A stretch of 62,798 nt of DNA, the filler included, from Dugesia japonica (lineage: Eukaryota): NCBI GenBank assembly GCA_001938525.1. It is 4 parts of 4 records of this genome, joined end to end, with 100 filler letters (N's around TTAATTAATTAA, not from the genome) between each part and the next. Parts side by side here need not be neighbours in the genome. Positions count along the whole stretch, not along the records: positions 25,432 to 52,065 come from MQRL01532797.1; 3 more parts are not named here. The stretch is one strand, 5' to 3'. The notes beneath the pieces are model-generated. The model ran no database searches, was not told the DNA's origin, and worked only from the letters and a program-made list of their open reading frames with translations. Positions within the stretch are counted from its first letter, which is position 1. Each line of letters opens with the position of its first letter. Below, piece after piece: positions 27,185 through 40,499 of the stretch. Position numbers and translations under genes: made by a program.

Positions 27185-28080
27185 ATCATTTGAAATTTAC
27201 TGAAATTTGGATTAACATTCGATGTTGTTTAAATAAAATGAAAATTTTTAAATCAATTTTTATGGGAATCCGGGGAAACATCCCAAATTTTGAAAATTGT
27301 TTATCGAGAATTTTACATCAATCGATTCAGAATGACCCGGGATCATTTCTAGCTAAAAATATTTTTTCAAAAAATATTTTGTTCTAAAATTTAATTATAA
27401 ACTAGTCTAATCGATAAAGAATTTTTCGCTGATCATGACTGACCAAGTTAATAATCGCCAAATCATGTCTGGAGCTGAGAAAAATTGGATAAACCCGATA
27501 ATTTTTTATTTTCAAATCATATTAAAATATACATCGTTCGATAGAGAACTTTTCACTGATCAAAAAATACTTCATCTAAAATCATGAAACCTAATTTTGA
27601 CTGAGAAAAATTGAAAAAACAAGGTGAAAATCCCGAGGATGCTCAACCGACGCAAATAAAAAATTATTTTTTATAATTTTCATCCACATTCCATGATTAA
27701 TGTACTTTTAGTTAGAAAATTTTACGCTTATCAAGAATATATACGATAGAAACTTGTCAAATCAAATTACTTAAAAAAAAATTAAAATTTTTTAATTCTA
27801 AATAATTAAATAAAAATAAAAATTTTCTCAAATTTCATTATAAACAAGTCTATTTGATAGAGAATTTTACATTAATTCCAACTATATTAACTTAAAATCA
27901 CCAAACCTTATATATAAAAAGTTGTTTTGAAAAAACAAGTACTTCATTTGTGAGTCTCTCGAGAAACCATCGAATTTTGAAAAAATAAAAGGTAACTCAA
28001 ATTTGAACATCGAAGTATCTATTAGATAGATAATTTTATGCTGAGTAAGAAAAACATGGTTAAAAATCGATTATCTTTAT
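27185..28080. repeat. Non-coding interspersed repeat with diverged internal sub-repeats; inverted relative at ~39560-40135
   Basis: Recurring T(C/T)GATAGAGAATTTTxCGCTGAT-like core at ~27410, 27538, 27708, 27853, 28021; the head region is homologous to the reverse complement of 39960-40135. Confidence 0.65.
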
Positions 28081-28139
28081 CTCTGATGAAATAAATAGAA
28101 AAATAAGTACTTTCTTTTTTTTGAATATCTGAAACAAAA

Positions 28140-28275
28140 AGAAAGTGAAGTCTTCAAACACTTTCATCGCAAACATAAAATTTCACCAGAACAACATCAC
28201 TTAACATGGAAAAACACTAGGTACAGGCTACATTTCTACACTTCATAGAAAAAAACATGAAGAATTACTAATTAA
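28140..28275. repeat. Interspersed repeat (inverted copies at ~38460-38550 and ~45390-45530)
   Basis: Shared core CTGTTCCTAATGTTTTCCATGT..TATGATGTT...GTGAAA. Confidence 0.7.
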
Positions 28276-29665
28276 AGTAGTAGTAGTGGTAGTAGTAGAT
28301 GTAGTAGTAATAGTAGTAGTATTATAATTATAATTACGATGCTTTAATATCCAACATCAAACTTTTATGAAAGGTTTTATAAATTTCTTAAATAGTTTTA
28401 TACATTTAATTATTTATTTATTTGAGTTTCAAATTGATAATAACTATAATTATAAGATAGTTATATAATATTCTACGTTCGTAGTTATCCAAAATGTCAT
28501 CTAATGGTAATATATACAAGCGTAATGGAAACATAAAATATTTACTTATTAGATTTATGAACAGATTCTACCTTTCAAATTCTTATTGAGCTTAAGTCAA
28601 CTAATACATAATTAACAATAAGAATTTAGGTTTTTGATAAAATAAAAATGGTTTTAATTTTAACTAATTAAAATAGATTTTATACTATTTTAATATATCT
28701 TAAATTAACAACTGTTTTTCTACTTTTCCAAAACTAAAATTGTTAGGAGAGTTTGGAAAACTCCTCGAATCATTAAATCATTAATCATTTCAATTCCATA
28801 AAATTTATTTCAAATACAAACTATATCCATCATTATTCGTTCAAACAAACAAATTAAAACTCAATGCTCTAATCGGCAATTATTTTTCAAAAATTTAAAA
28901 ATTTAGATTTCAATTAATTTGATAATTTTACAGAAAATAATTATTTTTTAATAACGCATCATTGTAAAATTTTCATAAACTTTTTAAACAAAAATAAATG
29001 ATGATTTGTTTTAACATATAATTTAAAAATTTTTACAAAATTTTAAAACCAAAAAAAACTGATTATTTGTTAAAAAAAATTTCATAAAATTTCAAAACAA
29101 AAAATGATCATTTGTAATATCTTTTAAAATTTTCACAAAACTTTCATAAAATTTTCAAAAAATCACTTGTTATTAAATTATCATTTTAAAATCTTCCGAA
29201 CTTTCAAAACAAAATTGACATTTCCAAAAATTTTAATTTATTTTAATTTCTTAATTAATTTATGATTTTGAATCTTTTTTTAAAAAAGATTTTTTTTAAA
29301 ACATAATCTCCAACCAGAGCACCAAAAATTTTAATTCTCTTCTAAACTATTCACAAAAATAATTAATTTTTGATATTTCTAGATACATATTTGATAGTAA
29401 GTCTAAATTCACATGTTCGATAAATGTAAAATTATTTTGTTTCAATGATCATTTAACCAAATATACGATTGTAGTTTTAATTATTAATCTTTCATGGGAA
29501 TATATTTTTTGGAAACATCTTGCAGTCGGGATTATAAATCAATTTTGATTGATTTTTACTGAATTTTATTACAGGAAATCCTTTAAAAACAAGTAAAAAT
29601 CTGCCAAATTCGTATTTTAGTTTCAAAAATATTAATTCATGTAAAAGATAAACGAACAAAGATTT

Positions 29666-29667
<2 letters not shown>

Positions 29668-29731
<64 letters not shown>
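29668..29731. repeat. (AAT)n microsatellite
   Basis: Direct reading; runs into a gap. Confidence 0.9.
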
Positions 29732-30559
29732 NNNNNNNNNNNNNNNNNNNNNNNNNNNNNNNNNNNNNNNNNNNNNNNNNNNNNNNNNNNNNNNNNNNNN
29801 NNNNNNNNNNNNNNNNNNNNNNNNNNNNNNNNNNNNNNNNNNNNNNNNNNNNNNNNNNNNNNNNNNNNNNNNNNNNNNNNNNATTTCTTAAAGATTTGAT
29901 ATTTTTATTTTACATTCTTTTCGAAGTATTTTTAAACAATCGCAAATAAATTACTTAATAATAATTCTGTGTATGATTCAAATTGCTTTAATGAAAATAT
30001 TTCATTGAATTGAAAGAAATATCTCATTAATCAATATGTCTATTCGTTTTTAGATATTAATATAAAATAATAAATTGTTTTTATTGATACATTGAAAATA
30101 TATTACTCAATATTGTTTACTTATGAAAAATATAACTTTATTGTTGAGAATGTCATGAAAATATTATGATAAATTTGTTTAGTCACTTTGTTTTTAAATT
30201 ACACAATTTAATAATTAACACAATACTTTATATTAATTCTTTTAAATTCTTTTTAATTTAAATATTTAGAATTAAATATATATATACATAAAGAACCACT
30301 GTAAATATAAATTTAGAGAAAAATCAATTTTATATACTCTATTAATAAATTGAATAATCATTGTAATTGTTCCTTATTAAAAATATTTGCATAAAATTCA
30401 TTGGTAAATAATTGAAATTTTATGTTTCCGTTTAGTCAGATACTGAATTTTTGTTTTTAAAATAATTCTTCTAATAATAGTATTTTCTTAATACTAACAA
30501 TTTAAAATTTTCATTAACACAATATTTATTCTGATTTTATTTCATTATTTAAACGTTAT

Positions 30560-31312
30560 TGTGATATATTTGAGATATATTGTGGTTTTAATAATATAAG
30601 TAATAAGTGTAAATTTTAAATACATATTTAGTGAACTAATTTTTCCTAATAGCATGGCGTCACGATCATTGCTGGAGGAATTAATCTATTGGTGTGTGAT
30701 GCAGTGTGCTATTATCTATCTACTGTAATGGGTTGATAGAACGTATTTGGAATAGCCAAAAACAAATTATATTCATCTTGTAAGTCACATAACCTATCGC
30801 GTGTTAAAACAATTCCTTTTGTGGAACTAAATATAAGATAATAAAATAAAAACAATTGAGGTTTCACCGTATGAAATGTTATTTGGAAAAACATGAATTT
30901 GACGCTGGATATTTTGACTATAAATGTAGAAATTGATAAGATGGATTTTCCTAATAACTTTTAAAAACAAAAAGAGAGAATTACAGAAAGAAGAAGATCG
31001 CTTCCAAAAGAAAATAAAGCAGAAAATAAGAACACTACAATAAAGATTTAAGATTTGGTAATGGGTAAAGCAGATATACAGAACCGTGAATAGTAAGCCG
31101 ATTTCTCATTATTTAGAATTAGTTGACGGAAGTAAAGTAATTCGTCGAAATGTTCACCAACCTATACGATTATATGGAAAATTCGCAGACCACAAAGAAA
31201 CGGTTGATGAATTAATTATTAGTGCTCCATTTTTTCCAGTTAAAATCTCATGTTATAGGCAACTCAGAACAATGCAAAATGCGATATCTAACGAGAGAGA
31301 GAGAGAGAGAGA

Positions 31313-31350
<38 letters not shown>

Positions 31351-31487
31351 GCCAAATCCAAAATATACAACCAACTCTTAAAAGAAAGTGGATTATGATA
31401 TATTTGAGATATATTGTTATTTGAAACATAGAAGTACTATGTGTAAATTTTAAACACATTTAGTGAACTAATTTGTTCCTAATAACA
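30560..31487 (+). mobile_element. Miniature LTR retroelement (TRIM-like or deleted gypsy)
   Basis: ~95-bp LTRs 30560-30654 (TG...CA) and 31394-31487; PBS TGGCGTCACGA at 30655; purine tract before the 3' LTR; 5-bp TSD GTTAT (30555-30559, 31488-31492); integrase C-terminal-like SHYLELVDGSKVIRRNV. Confidence 0.85.
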
Positions 31488-32453
31488 GTTATTATTAATT
31501 ATTATATTTTTGTTTCAGTTATCATGAATGACTTTTTATACCAATATTTTTAGTTAAATGAACCTCATAGTAAGTTATTGTCACATGGAAATAAGAATTG
31601 CATGTTATAATGATTTATGAAATTTGTGATTTATGTAATAATTTTACAAAGTATTTTTTTAATTATTTTTATTTCTAAATAAAAATCAAATCAATGTTAA
31701 GATATATTTAGAAGTCGTACATATAGATATTTCAAGAAATGATTGTTTATGAAACATTAATACCGTTCAAAAATTCTTTTATTTTAATTTAATTATTAAA
31801 ATAAAGTTTTAATATTTTTGTGTTAAAAATTATTTTAAAAATAATTATTGATAATAATTAGGTAGATTTTTTACTAATTTTTGCTACTTTTAAATTATAA
31901 ATGCTACTTTAAAATTTTTATGTTGTTCGATGCGTATTTTAGTTAGTTTAGCTAATTTTTTATGTGTTTAAATGGTTAAATAAATTTGATAAATGCTGCT
32001 TTTTAATTTATAACTGCTACTTTTAAATCTCCCTAATGATAATTTTTGTTTCATAATGTGTACCTTACGTACAAAACAAAAATTTTTAAAAGGTTCTTAT
32101 TTTTATTTTAGCTCTTTTATATTTTGATTCTTTGAAGCTGAGATAAGACTATATCCCAGTGATAAAATTAGAAATAAGAATTTCAGCTTTTAAAAACATA
32201 ATAGTTTTAATCTTAATTTAGAAAATAAAACAGAAACCAATAAAGATAAATATTTACCTAAACTGCTGAAAAGTTCTAAAAATAATCGATTCATCTGAAG
32301 TTTGGTCTTATTATTTTCAATAATGTTTAGAGATTTGTAATTGTTGAGTAAAATTTATTTTTCATGCATACTCAAAATAATCTGGGTAAAATGGGTTACA
32401 TTTATTTATTAAATTAATAATCAATGATTTCAAGTTAGAAAATATTTAAGTAA

Positions 32454-32800
32454 GGAGCCATTTATAAAGTAAGTGACGCTCAGGGGGAGTTCTAAGAAAG
32501 TCTGACAGTTTGTGACACGGAGAAGGTGGGTAAAGATCATATGTGACGTAACACATTTTTTAAGTATAAATATAAACCTGAAATTGGCAGTGATGTTTAA
32601 CTTTTTGTTGAGATGGACGTATTCTGGCCGAATATGTTACTAGCGTAGTGTTTTAGATTTACTTTTAATGAGTAGTTAATTTTTAAAATAATTTTTTAAT
32701 TCCAGAATGTGACGTACTTTCAAGGGGTCAGATTGTAACAAGAGGAGAGGGGGTAAAAATTGTAAAAAAAAATAGCGTGACATACTTTATGGACGGTCCT
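32454..32800. mobile_element. PIF/Harbinger-type MITE
   Basis: Imperfect TIRs GGAGCCATTTATAAAGTAAGTGACGCT / AGCGTGACATACTTTATGGACGGTCCT; TAA TSD on both sides. Confidence 0.8.
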
Positions 32801-33948
32801 TAATATGATATTTAAAATGAGTAATTATTAAATTTCACAAATAAATTGTAAAATATCATGGAATTTATATTTCTCTGTCATCTACATTTCGAATAATAAC
32901 TGTATTATGATAGTATTATAACTGAATTATAATTGTGTATTTATTGATTCTAATATCCCAAATTCATCCATTAAACCGATATTACAAAATTATAATAATG
33001 GAATATATTTAGATATTAAACCATTTTCAGTGGCAATTTCATTAATTATTCAAGATTTATATGAAACGCTTTTTTAAATTGGGTTTAATTATAAATTGAC
33101 ATGACATAGTAAATCATTGTGGTTTGATTTTAATTATATAATGAGTCGTCTTTGAGAGATTTACTTTCATTTTTTTCTCGAATTTTTATTAAAATTATTT
33201 TTTCATTTTATGAATTAGTAAAATTAAAAAATATTTAATTTTATTTGAGCACATTCTAATCTCTCGTATTAAATTGCCATTTTTATTGAATTTATGAAAA
33301 AAAAATTAAGTTTTTATATAATATATGTGTATAAATGTTATAATCGATCAAATCAATAACGAAATATTATTTTAATTTTTTTGTGGTGCTTTTTATCTGT
33401 TATATGAAATTAATTATTTAAATTAATTTTTTTGGACGATTTTTTTTATATAACGCACAAACCAAATCTCATTTAAAAGACCGCAAAAAAACAGGTTTTA
33501 CTGTAATTATAATTATGACATAATATCAAATATTATTCTTCGGTATTTGAGTTGTTAAATTTCTTCATAGATTCAGCTATATTGGTTTGATGATGATTCT
33601 GTGTTTCTGTCAAATAATCGGTATATTTTTGCATGCTATTCAGATATGTGGACCGCATTGTCCTTCATTAGCTGAAGCCAAAGGCTTTTAACTTCTTGGA
33701 AGTGCTCATCTTGATGTTGGAGAGCGTTTCTTTTAACTGAATTTCAACATAGTTCCGTAGGCTTATCATTTTAAGGGCATTGGCTAAAATGGTTGGCACT
33801 GTTTCTTATTTCTCTTAACGAAATTCACTGATTAATATTTTCTGTTAAAAATTTAACAAGTATTTATGTATAGTTAAAGTTATGCCAAACAATTAACTCA
33901 ATAATTCTTTTAAATAATTTTTTATTCAATAACATATAAGTTAATTTT

Positions 33949-34706
33949 GGGGCCATCCATAAAGTATGTCACGCTATTTTTTACAATTTTTACCCCCCCC
34001 TCCGTTGTCACATTCTGTCACAAATCTCTGATCGCCTCTGAAAGTACGTCACATTCTGGAACTAAAAAATTATTATAAAAATTAACTACTTATTACAACT
34101 AAATCTAAAACACACTTCACTATTAAACTGTATTAAATTTATAAAATTACAATTATTGCGTCGTTTTTCAGAATTCATTAAAATAAAAATAAAAGCTTTG
34201 ATCAAAAGTTTTTGTTTTGTTTTTGATAATAATTCTAATTTTTTGACTTTGTCTTCGTCAGGAATTAACTTTTTTGATTTATTCAAAATTTATGTATTTA
34301 ATGGAAATATTTTTTTGAATTGATTTCAGTAAATTAAATTAATTCAAAAAAATATTTCCATTAAAAACATAAATCTAGAATAAATCAAAAAAGCCCATTC
34401 CTGACGAAGACAAATTTGAAAATTAGAGTTATTATCAAAACCAAAAAAAAATGTTGATTGAAGCTTGTATTTTTATTTTAATAACTTTATAAAATTTTAA
34501 CTTTAACTTTAACTTAATTGAGATTTAAAATTCCATATAGTGTCATAATTACTAAACGCTAGTGACATTCTGTTAGAAAACGTCAATCACAACAGAAAGT
34601 TAAACATCACTGTCAATTTCAGGGTTTTATATGTATGATAAAAAATAAAAATTTGTAACATCACACATAATCTTTAACCTCCCTCTCCTATTTTATGGAT
34701 GGCTCC
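33949..34706. mobile_element. Second copy of the Harbinger MITE (inverted) with a nested ~440-bp insertion
   Basis: GGGGCCATCCATAAAGTATGTCACGCT ... TATGGATGGCTCC; TTT flanks; colinear with the reverse complement of 32454-32800 except 34114-34552. Confidence 0.8.
34144..34480. repeat. Foldback family copy C (long palindrome with two degenerate hammerhead motifs)
   Basis: Arms of ~140 bp centred near 34330. Plus strand CATTC-CTGACGA-AGACAAATTT-GAAA-ATTA-GAGTT (34396-34430); minus strand AATTC-CTGACGA-AGACAAAGTC-AAAA-AATTA-GAATT (34231-34266). Confidence 0.8.
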
Positions 34707-34719
34707 TTTTCAGGGAACT

Positions 34720-35060
34720 GGTATGGGTGTCTTTGTCCATCATAACCGGTCTGGTTGGCATTAAATTCCGAAGTTCTGCGATATTACTTGCTTGGTTTCT
34801 CGTCCAGCCGACTGAAGCAGAAACTCTAAAAACAGTAGTTTGGACCTTCCAGATTCTCTCCTGCCCAGTTGCAAGTTCTACTTGCTGTCTATAATCATAA
34901 CAGCTTTTCTTGTATAGTTTAATTCGGGAATTGGCGTTTACTGTCTCTACCGTTCATTGTTTTACACCCAGTCTCTATAATTCCCAGAAAATCTTGATAT
35001 TGACACTGTTCTATTTAATTTATGGGAGCTACAGAGTTCTTTCGATATTGAACCACTGAA
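34720..35060 (-). mobile_element. Possible non-LTR retrotransposon (RLE-type) 3' remnant
   Basis: Weak resemblance: NIKIFWE recalls the KILWD motif preceding restriction-like endonuclease domains; heavily disrupted. Confidence 0.25.
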
Positions 35061-35702
35061 AAGATTATTCTTTGTACAGATAACATTGAAAACAATTATT
35101 AATGACAAATTAACAGTTGAAAACATTATTACTTTCATAACAAATAAATAAATTAATCAAGGGTCAAAAACGGCAACGATTATTTATTAAGAATTACAAT
35201 ACTAGATGTTATTGGATAATTTATAAGGAATTTCATCTATATAATATGTCACCGGATTTTGAGGTTCCGGGATTCTGAGGTTCTGAAATTTTTATTGGAT
35301 ATTTTTAATAATATAGTATATTTAATAATATATTTATAATAATTTACAATATTTATAATATATTTACAATAATATATTTAACTAACGAATGATTTTTTGC
35401 CTTAAAGTTATTGTTCAAGCATTATTTTATAAAAAAAATTGTATAAAAGGGGGGCATAAGTCCCTGACACAGAATTATAGGGGCGGCCAAATAAATGTCA
35501 ATTTATTTTGAAAAAAATCATAATATTTAGAAAGATAAGCAAAAAGTGGTTATGGACTGGTAAAGTCAAATCGTATATCTTTTCACAGCTTTCTCTCAAT
35601 AATAATAAATTACAATTGATTCTATATGTCGAAAGTGTAATTATAAAGACAAATTTCTATAGTTTAATTTAGTTGAAAGTTCCCGAGTACACAAAACCCT
35701 TA

Positions 35703-36385
35703 TTCTCTGAATCAATTCTCTCGCTTCGTCGGCAGTAAATCGGAAAAAAATCCAAAACCTATCGACATGTCTTGTATAAAGTCTGATTGGATGAGCAGTT
35801 TGCGCATTAACATCTTCAAACTGACAAAATGAAATTGGTTCATTCGGTGGACCAGCCATATCTGTTGCTCTTGACAAACCCAACACCAATAAATCGAGAA
35901 CAAGACCGTAATATTGGGTAATAAATGAAGCGAATTGTAATCCTCTGATAATTCCAAAAGAATGAGTATGCTGCATATCTTTAAACGATATTCTGACGTT
36001 ATTTTTCGCTGACATAATCGGCAATGTTGTGATCCATAATTAAACGTAATAAACGTAAAGATTTTCTCAAAAATAGTTTCTAAGTGTACATTGCATTCGC
36101 CATCTGCAGTAACCCAGACATTCTCGAGATTGTTAATTTCTTGGCCCTATTTGTAAACCAATTGCGGTGGTGGTTCTTTATCACTAGGCTTGATCCAGGC
36201 TGGAAATAGATTTCTCTTCTCAGATTTGTACCAACAGTACTGGTCAAAATAAGCATCTGTAATTTTCTCCAACGCATCGATCTCATACACTGGAACAATA
36301 TGACTGTAAAGATCCATAAACTCGATTTTTTCTACCTCTTCGAAATTCCTCAAAGTTAACAAATGTCTTTTAATTCTGTTCAATA
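35703..36385 (-). pseudogene. PRPF8: PRP8 (spliceosomal U5 protein) intronless pseudogene fragment
   Basis: RIKRHLLT...EFMDLYSH...[11 protein letters not shown]...[19 protein letters not shown]...GECNV...[14 protein letters not shown]...[29 protein letters not shown]...HPIRLY.R..DR...[15 protein letters not shown]; TAG in place of Trp, a deletion and frameshifts. Confidence 0.92.
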
Positions 36386-37275
36386 AAATCTTAAAACTAA
36401 CTGATTTCACTGCTACTTTTATAAGGTTTAGAACCACACCATCCATATTCTTATCGGTTAAACATTTAAAATTTGATTTTACTGGTTTCTATTGGTTTTC
36501 GCATTATGTGAACTTTTCTCATTGGTATTTCTCTTTTTGTATTTCTCTTGATCGTAAAGTTTTTTGGTGGTTCTCCCTTTTTAGCTAATCTTTACTTTAC
36601 CTATGTCAAAGGTGTTAAATCTTCTTTTTGAGTTAACTGGTTTTAAATAATTCTGTATTTCCTAGTTTATTTTACTGCAGATTTTTCCGGCGTTTGGTTG
36701 AAAACAAAGCCCAATTAATGTTTTTAATTAATGATCAATTATAATTTTGGATTTAAAATAAATTATTTTATTTATTTTTCTATTAATTGAGGTTTTTATT
36801 ATTTTCTCTGATTCTGAATTATTTCTAATTTCAATTTAATAAAACTTAATTTATTGATTTTTAAAAAATCTAAATTACAATAATTTTAATGGGTTTATTA
36901 TTTTTAGGAATTTAACCTTAATTAGCTACCTATTTTCTTTTTCTAGTGTAATTTTGATGTTTGTATAAAGGTTTTTTAATTACTAAATGCTTTACCCAAA
37001 CAGATTTATAAATCTTCATTTTTAAATGAAGTGAAAACTAATAGTTTCTTTATGAACCATAATCTCGTCTTCAGTAATATTATAGTAAATGCATACAGGG
37101 CCGGTCCCAACAAAAGCGGGTACGGTGCAAAGTTACCTCACTGGCCTTGAAATAAATTTCATACAAAAAATAATAATCGTTATTTTAGTTTTACTATATA
37201 CATATACATATTAATATTACACCAAAAAAACTTTTATTAATATAATTATGTTTTAAATTATTATAAAGTTATTTA

Positions 37276-37420
37276 TTTACAATTACAATTATTGCGAGAA
37301 TAATTCTTGAACTTAACAATTGATCGCATTTGAAATTTCATTGAAATAATAGTTTCGATCAAATTGTTGTTTTGTAGATATTCGAATTTTCAACTATTGT
37401 CTTCTTCCAGAATATAACTT
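37276..37420. repeat. Foldback family copy D (single arm, degenerate hammerhead on minus)
   Basis: Tail TTACAATTACAATTATTGCGAGAATAATT; minus strand ATATTC-TGGAAGA-AGACAATAGTT-GAAA-ATTC-GAATAT (37378-37415). Confidence 0.7.
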
Positions 37421-38969
37421 TTTGCAGATTTAATTGATATTAGAAAATTTTTCATAATTTTTTGTATTTTATTAAACTTTTGATCATTTTAATCAAAATT
37501 AAATTAAATTAAAATTTAGATTTTATTTTAAATTTAATTTTAAAAATCTAATTTAATTGAAATTTTTAAATGTTTTATTAAATTGTATTTTTATTTTAAA
37601 AATTTTCAAAATTTTTCGATTTATAGAAGTTTATTTTAATTATAATTATCATAAACTACATTAATTTATTCAATTAAAAAAAGAAAAAATATATATATTT
37701 GTATTATTAAATATTATATTTTTTTATTATTTTTAACATTATTTAAAATTTTTAATTATTTATGTGTATGTTTATGTTTATGTTTATGTTTATGTTTCAT
37801 GTTTTATGTTTTATTTATGTTTTTATAAATGTTTAATGTTTTATTTATGTTTTTATTTTATGTTTTATTTATTTTTTTATAAATGTTTAATGTTTTTTTT
37901 ATGTTTTCATTTTATGTTTTATTTATGCTATAATTAATGTGAATATAAGTATAAATTACATTAATTTTTTTAAAATTAAATTTAAAAACTTTTAAAAAAC
38001 TTTTAAAAATAAATTTAATTTATTTATGTTTATTTTAATTACTATTGTAAGAGCAATTCATAGATAATGCATATTTTACGGAATTTTTTAATTTAAATAT
38101 TGTGGTATATATTATATAGTATTATATTAAAATTAATTCTTGAAATATTTTTAAAAATTATTTAGAATATTTTATATTAAAAAAAGTAAATTAGAGATTT
38201 TAGAAATGAAGACATTTTTTGTCGAATTTTTTTTTGAAAATTTATTTTGGTTTAAATATTTTATATATTGTATTGTAAAAAAATTATTTGGAATAAAAAT
38301 ATCTTTTAAATTATGGTAGTAATGTTTTGTGAAATATTTATAGTAAGAAAAATATTACCGATTTTTTTACTACTTTAAAAAAATTGGTAATATTTATTAT
38401 AATAAGGATAATTAGTATAAACTACATTGATTTCAGGTTTATTTTCTTTCATCAATATTTCTTAATGTTTCTTCTATGAAGTGTATAAATGCAGCCCTGT
38501 TCCTAATGTTTTCCATGTAATATGATGTTTTTCTAGTGAAAGTGTTTAAAGTGTTAATGCGTCGTAATATGTGGAAAATCAGGCAAACGTTCACTGAGTA
38601 GTCATCCATTTTATTTTCTTGCTAATATCATTGTTTTCATATTTGATGATTTTTTTGTTACTAATAAAAGTTTATTAAAAAGTGTAAATGAAATTACGGT
38701 TGAAAGAATTTCTCATTTTGAAAAGAAATGATGTTTTGGCCTGTGTATAAAATATAAAGAAAATGAATGGAGTAGATCAATAAATTTTATATAAACAAAT
38801 GAAACTTTTCTTAGAAATTTAAAATAACAGAAAATGTTTTGTTACTTTATTATTTAGTCTTTCTCTGCAATTTCTTTTATTTTTCAAAAGCATTTATTAT
38901 ATTGTCATTTAAAATTTTGTTTGAAATATTAATTTCATTATATAAAATTTAGATATTATATAATTTTAG

Positions 38970-39083
38970 ATATTGCGTCGACATCTTGGATTCTTCCCTT
39001 AGTCATATCATTAATTGTTATTGTGATTATTGTAGTGATGATACTGTACTTCTGCCTACGTGGTTCCGGTGAAACATACAATG
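38970..39083 (+). CDS. L1CAM/neuroglian-family receptor, transmembrane exon
   Basis: AG/GT bounded; IASTSWILPLVISLIVIVIIVVMILYFCLRGSGETYN; phase-compatible with the downstream exons. Confidence 0.85.
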
Positions 39084-39421
39084 GTGAGAATAATAGTTAT
39101 TTATTTAAACATTTATTTGTTTATTTAAACACTACAATAATGATTAAACTCTTAATTAGCCATTTATGGTAACTTGGTTTCCATTAATTATTTATTCTAA
39201 CAAATTATTCTTTATTTTTTAATCTTAAGTTTTATGTAAATTTTAATTATAATTATTTGTATTGAATTTTCTAATAATAAAAATTATAAATGGATTTTTA
39301 TTTCATATTAATTTTATTTTCGAAATAAAAACATCTTAAAATAACAAGACGTCAATTTATAAGATTTTTTTATATCTTTAGCCGAAATTTTTTTGATCTA
39401 TATGCATAAAATATTGTTTTG

Positions 39422-39475
39422 AAATTACAATTATTGCGAGAATAATTGTTGGACGTAACAATTGATCGTTTTTTA
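39422..39475. repeat. Foldback family copy E (tail only)
   Basis: AATTACAATTATTGCGAGAATAATTGTTGGACGTAACAATTGATCGTTTTT. Confidence 0.75.
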
Positions 39476-40499
39476 TGTTCCTTATGCCAGACTCCCAAAT
39501 TAAGTACATGATTTCCTATATAACTTTTTATCTATAAGGTTTGACGATTTTAGGTTTACATATTCTTACTCTCCGTAAAGTCCTCTATCGAATAGATACT
39601 TTAATGTTCAAATTTGAGTTACTTTTATTTTTTCCGAAAAAAATTGCCAAATCCGTTAGGAAACATTTTGGTGAGACGATATTTTAACTTTATCCAGTCA
39701 CTTTTTCATCCTGAGTTCAATGAGGCCAAATATGTAATTATACAAGTTATCTGCAAACAGAGAATTGAGCGCTAAATACTGAAATTGGAGATTTTTCGAG
39801 ATAAAACCTCATCTATTTTAACCGATCTAAAGTTTGGTGATTTTAGGTTAACATATTTAGACTCAGCGAAAAATTGTCTATCGAATAGAACCTTTGTTGA
39901 CCAATTTTGAGAAGAAAATAAACGTTTTGGAACAATTCTGTAAAATACTCGAAAAAACCAAAAATGATCCCCGTAAAATTCTGAATAGATTGATGTAAAA
40001 ATATCCATGTTAAAAAATTGAAAAAATTATTTTTGAAAATTTTGGATGTTCACCCGGATTTCATAAAAAATTTGATAGAAAAAATTTTTAATTTTCATAT
40101 TATTTAAAAACATGGACTGTTAACCCGTATTTCCGTAAAAAATCTCATAAATTTTTTTTCCCAACTAAAAACATAAGAAAAATTCTATACCACTTAATCC
40201 GATTACATAAAATCTCGACGATGAGATTAATCTAATTACATAATTTATGTGCAAAATATTTTTCCCAACTAAAAATATAAGAAAAATTCTATACCACTTA
40301 ATCTGATTACCTAATATGATGTTATTTTTAAATTCCCAACTAAAACACAGGGATTATGTTTCATTATATCACGAATCCAGCGGGGATTCGCACACAAAGT
40401 AGTACAGCGCGCTAATATCCCGCTACTAATTTTACAAACAGTCTTGGTTCAGGTCTCAAATGAAATCGAAAATTGAGACTCGTCATAAGAAGCCTATGA

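Noticed and set aside
27400-28060. CRISPR-like appearance of spaced conserved cores
   Set aside because: Eukaryotic context, degenerate repeats, long irregular spacers and no cas genes.
33600-33800. Possible piggyBac cysteine-rich tail on the minus strand
   Set aside because: Too degenerate; key Cys positions are stops and no TTAA-flanked TIR was found.
37035-37080. Minus-strand CTGAAGA...GAAA hammerhead-like string
   Set aside because: No convincing stem I or stem II pairing.
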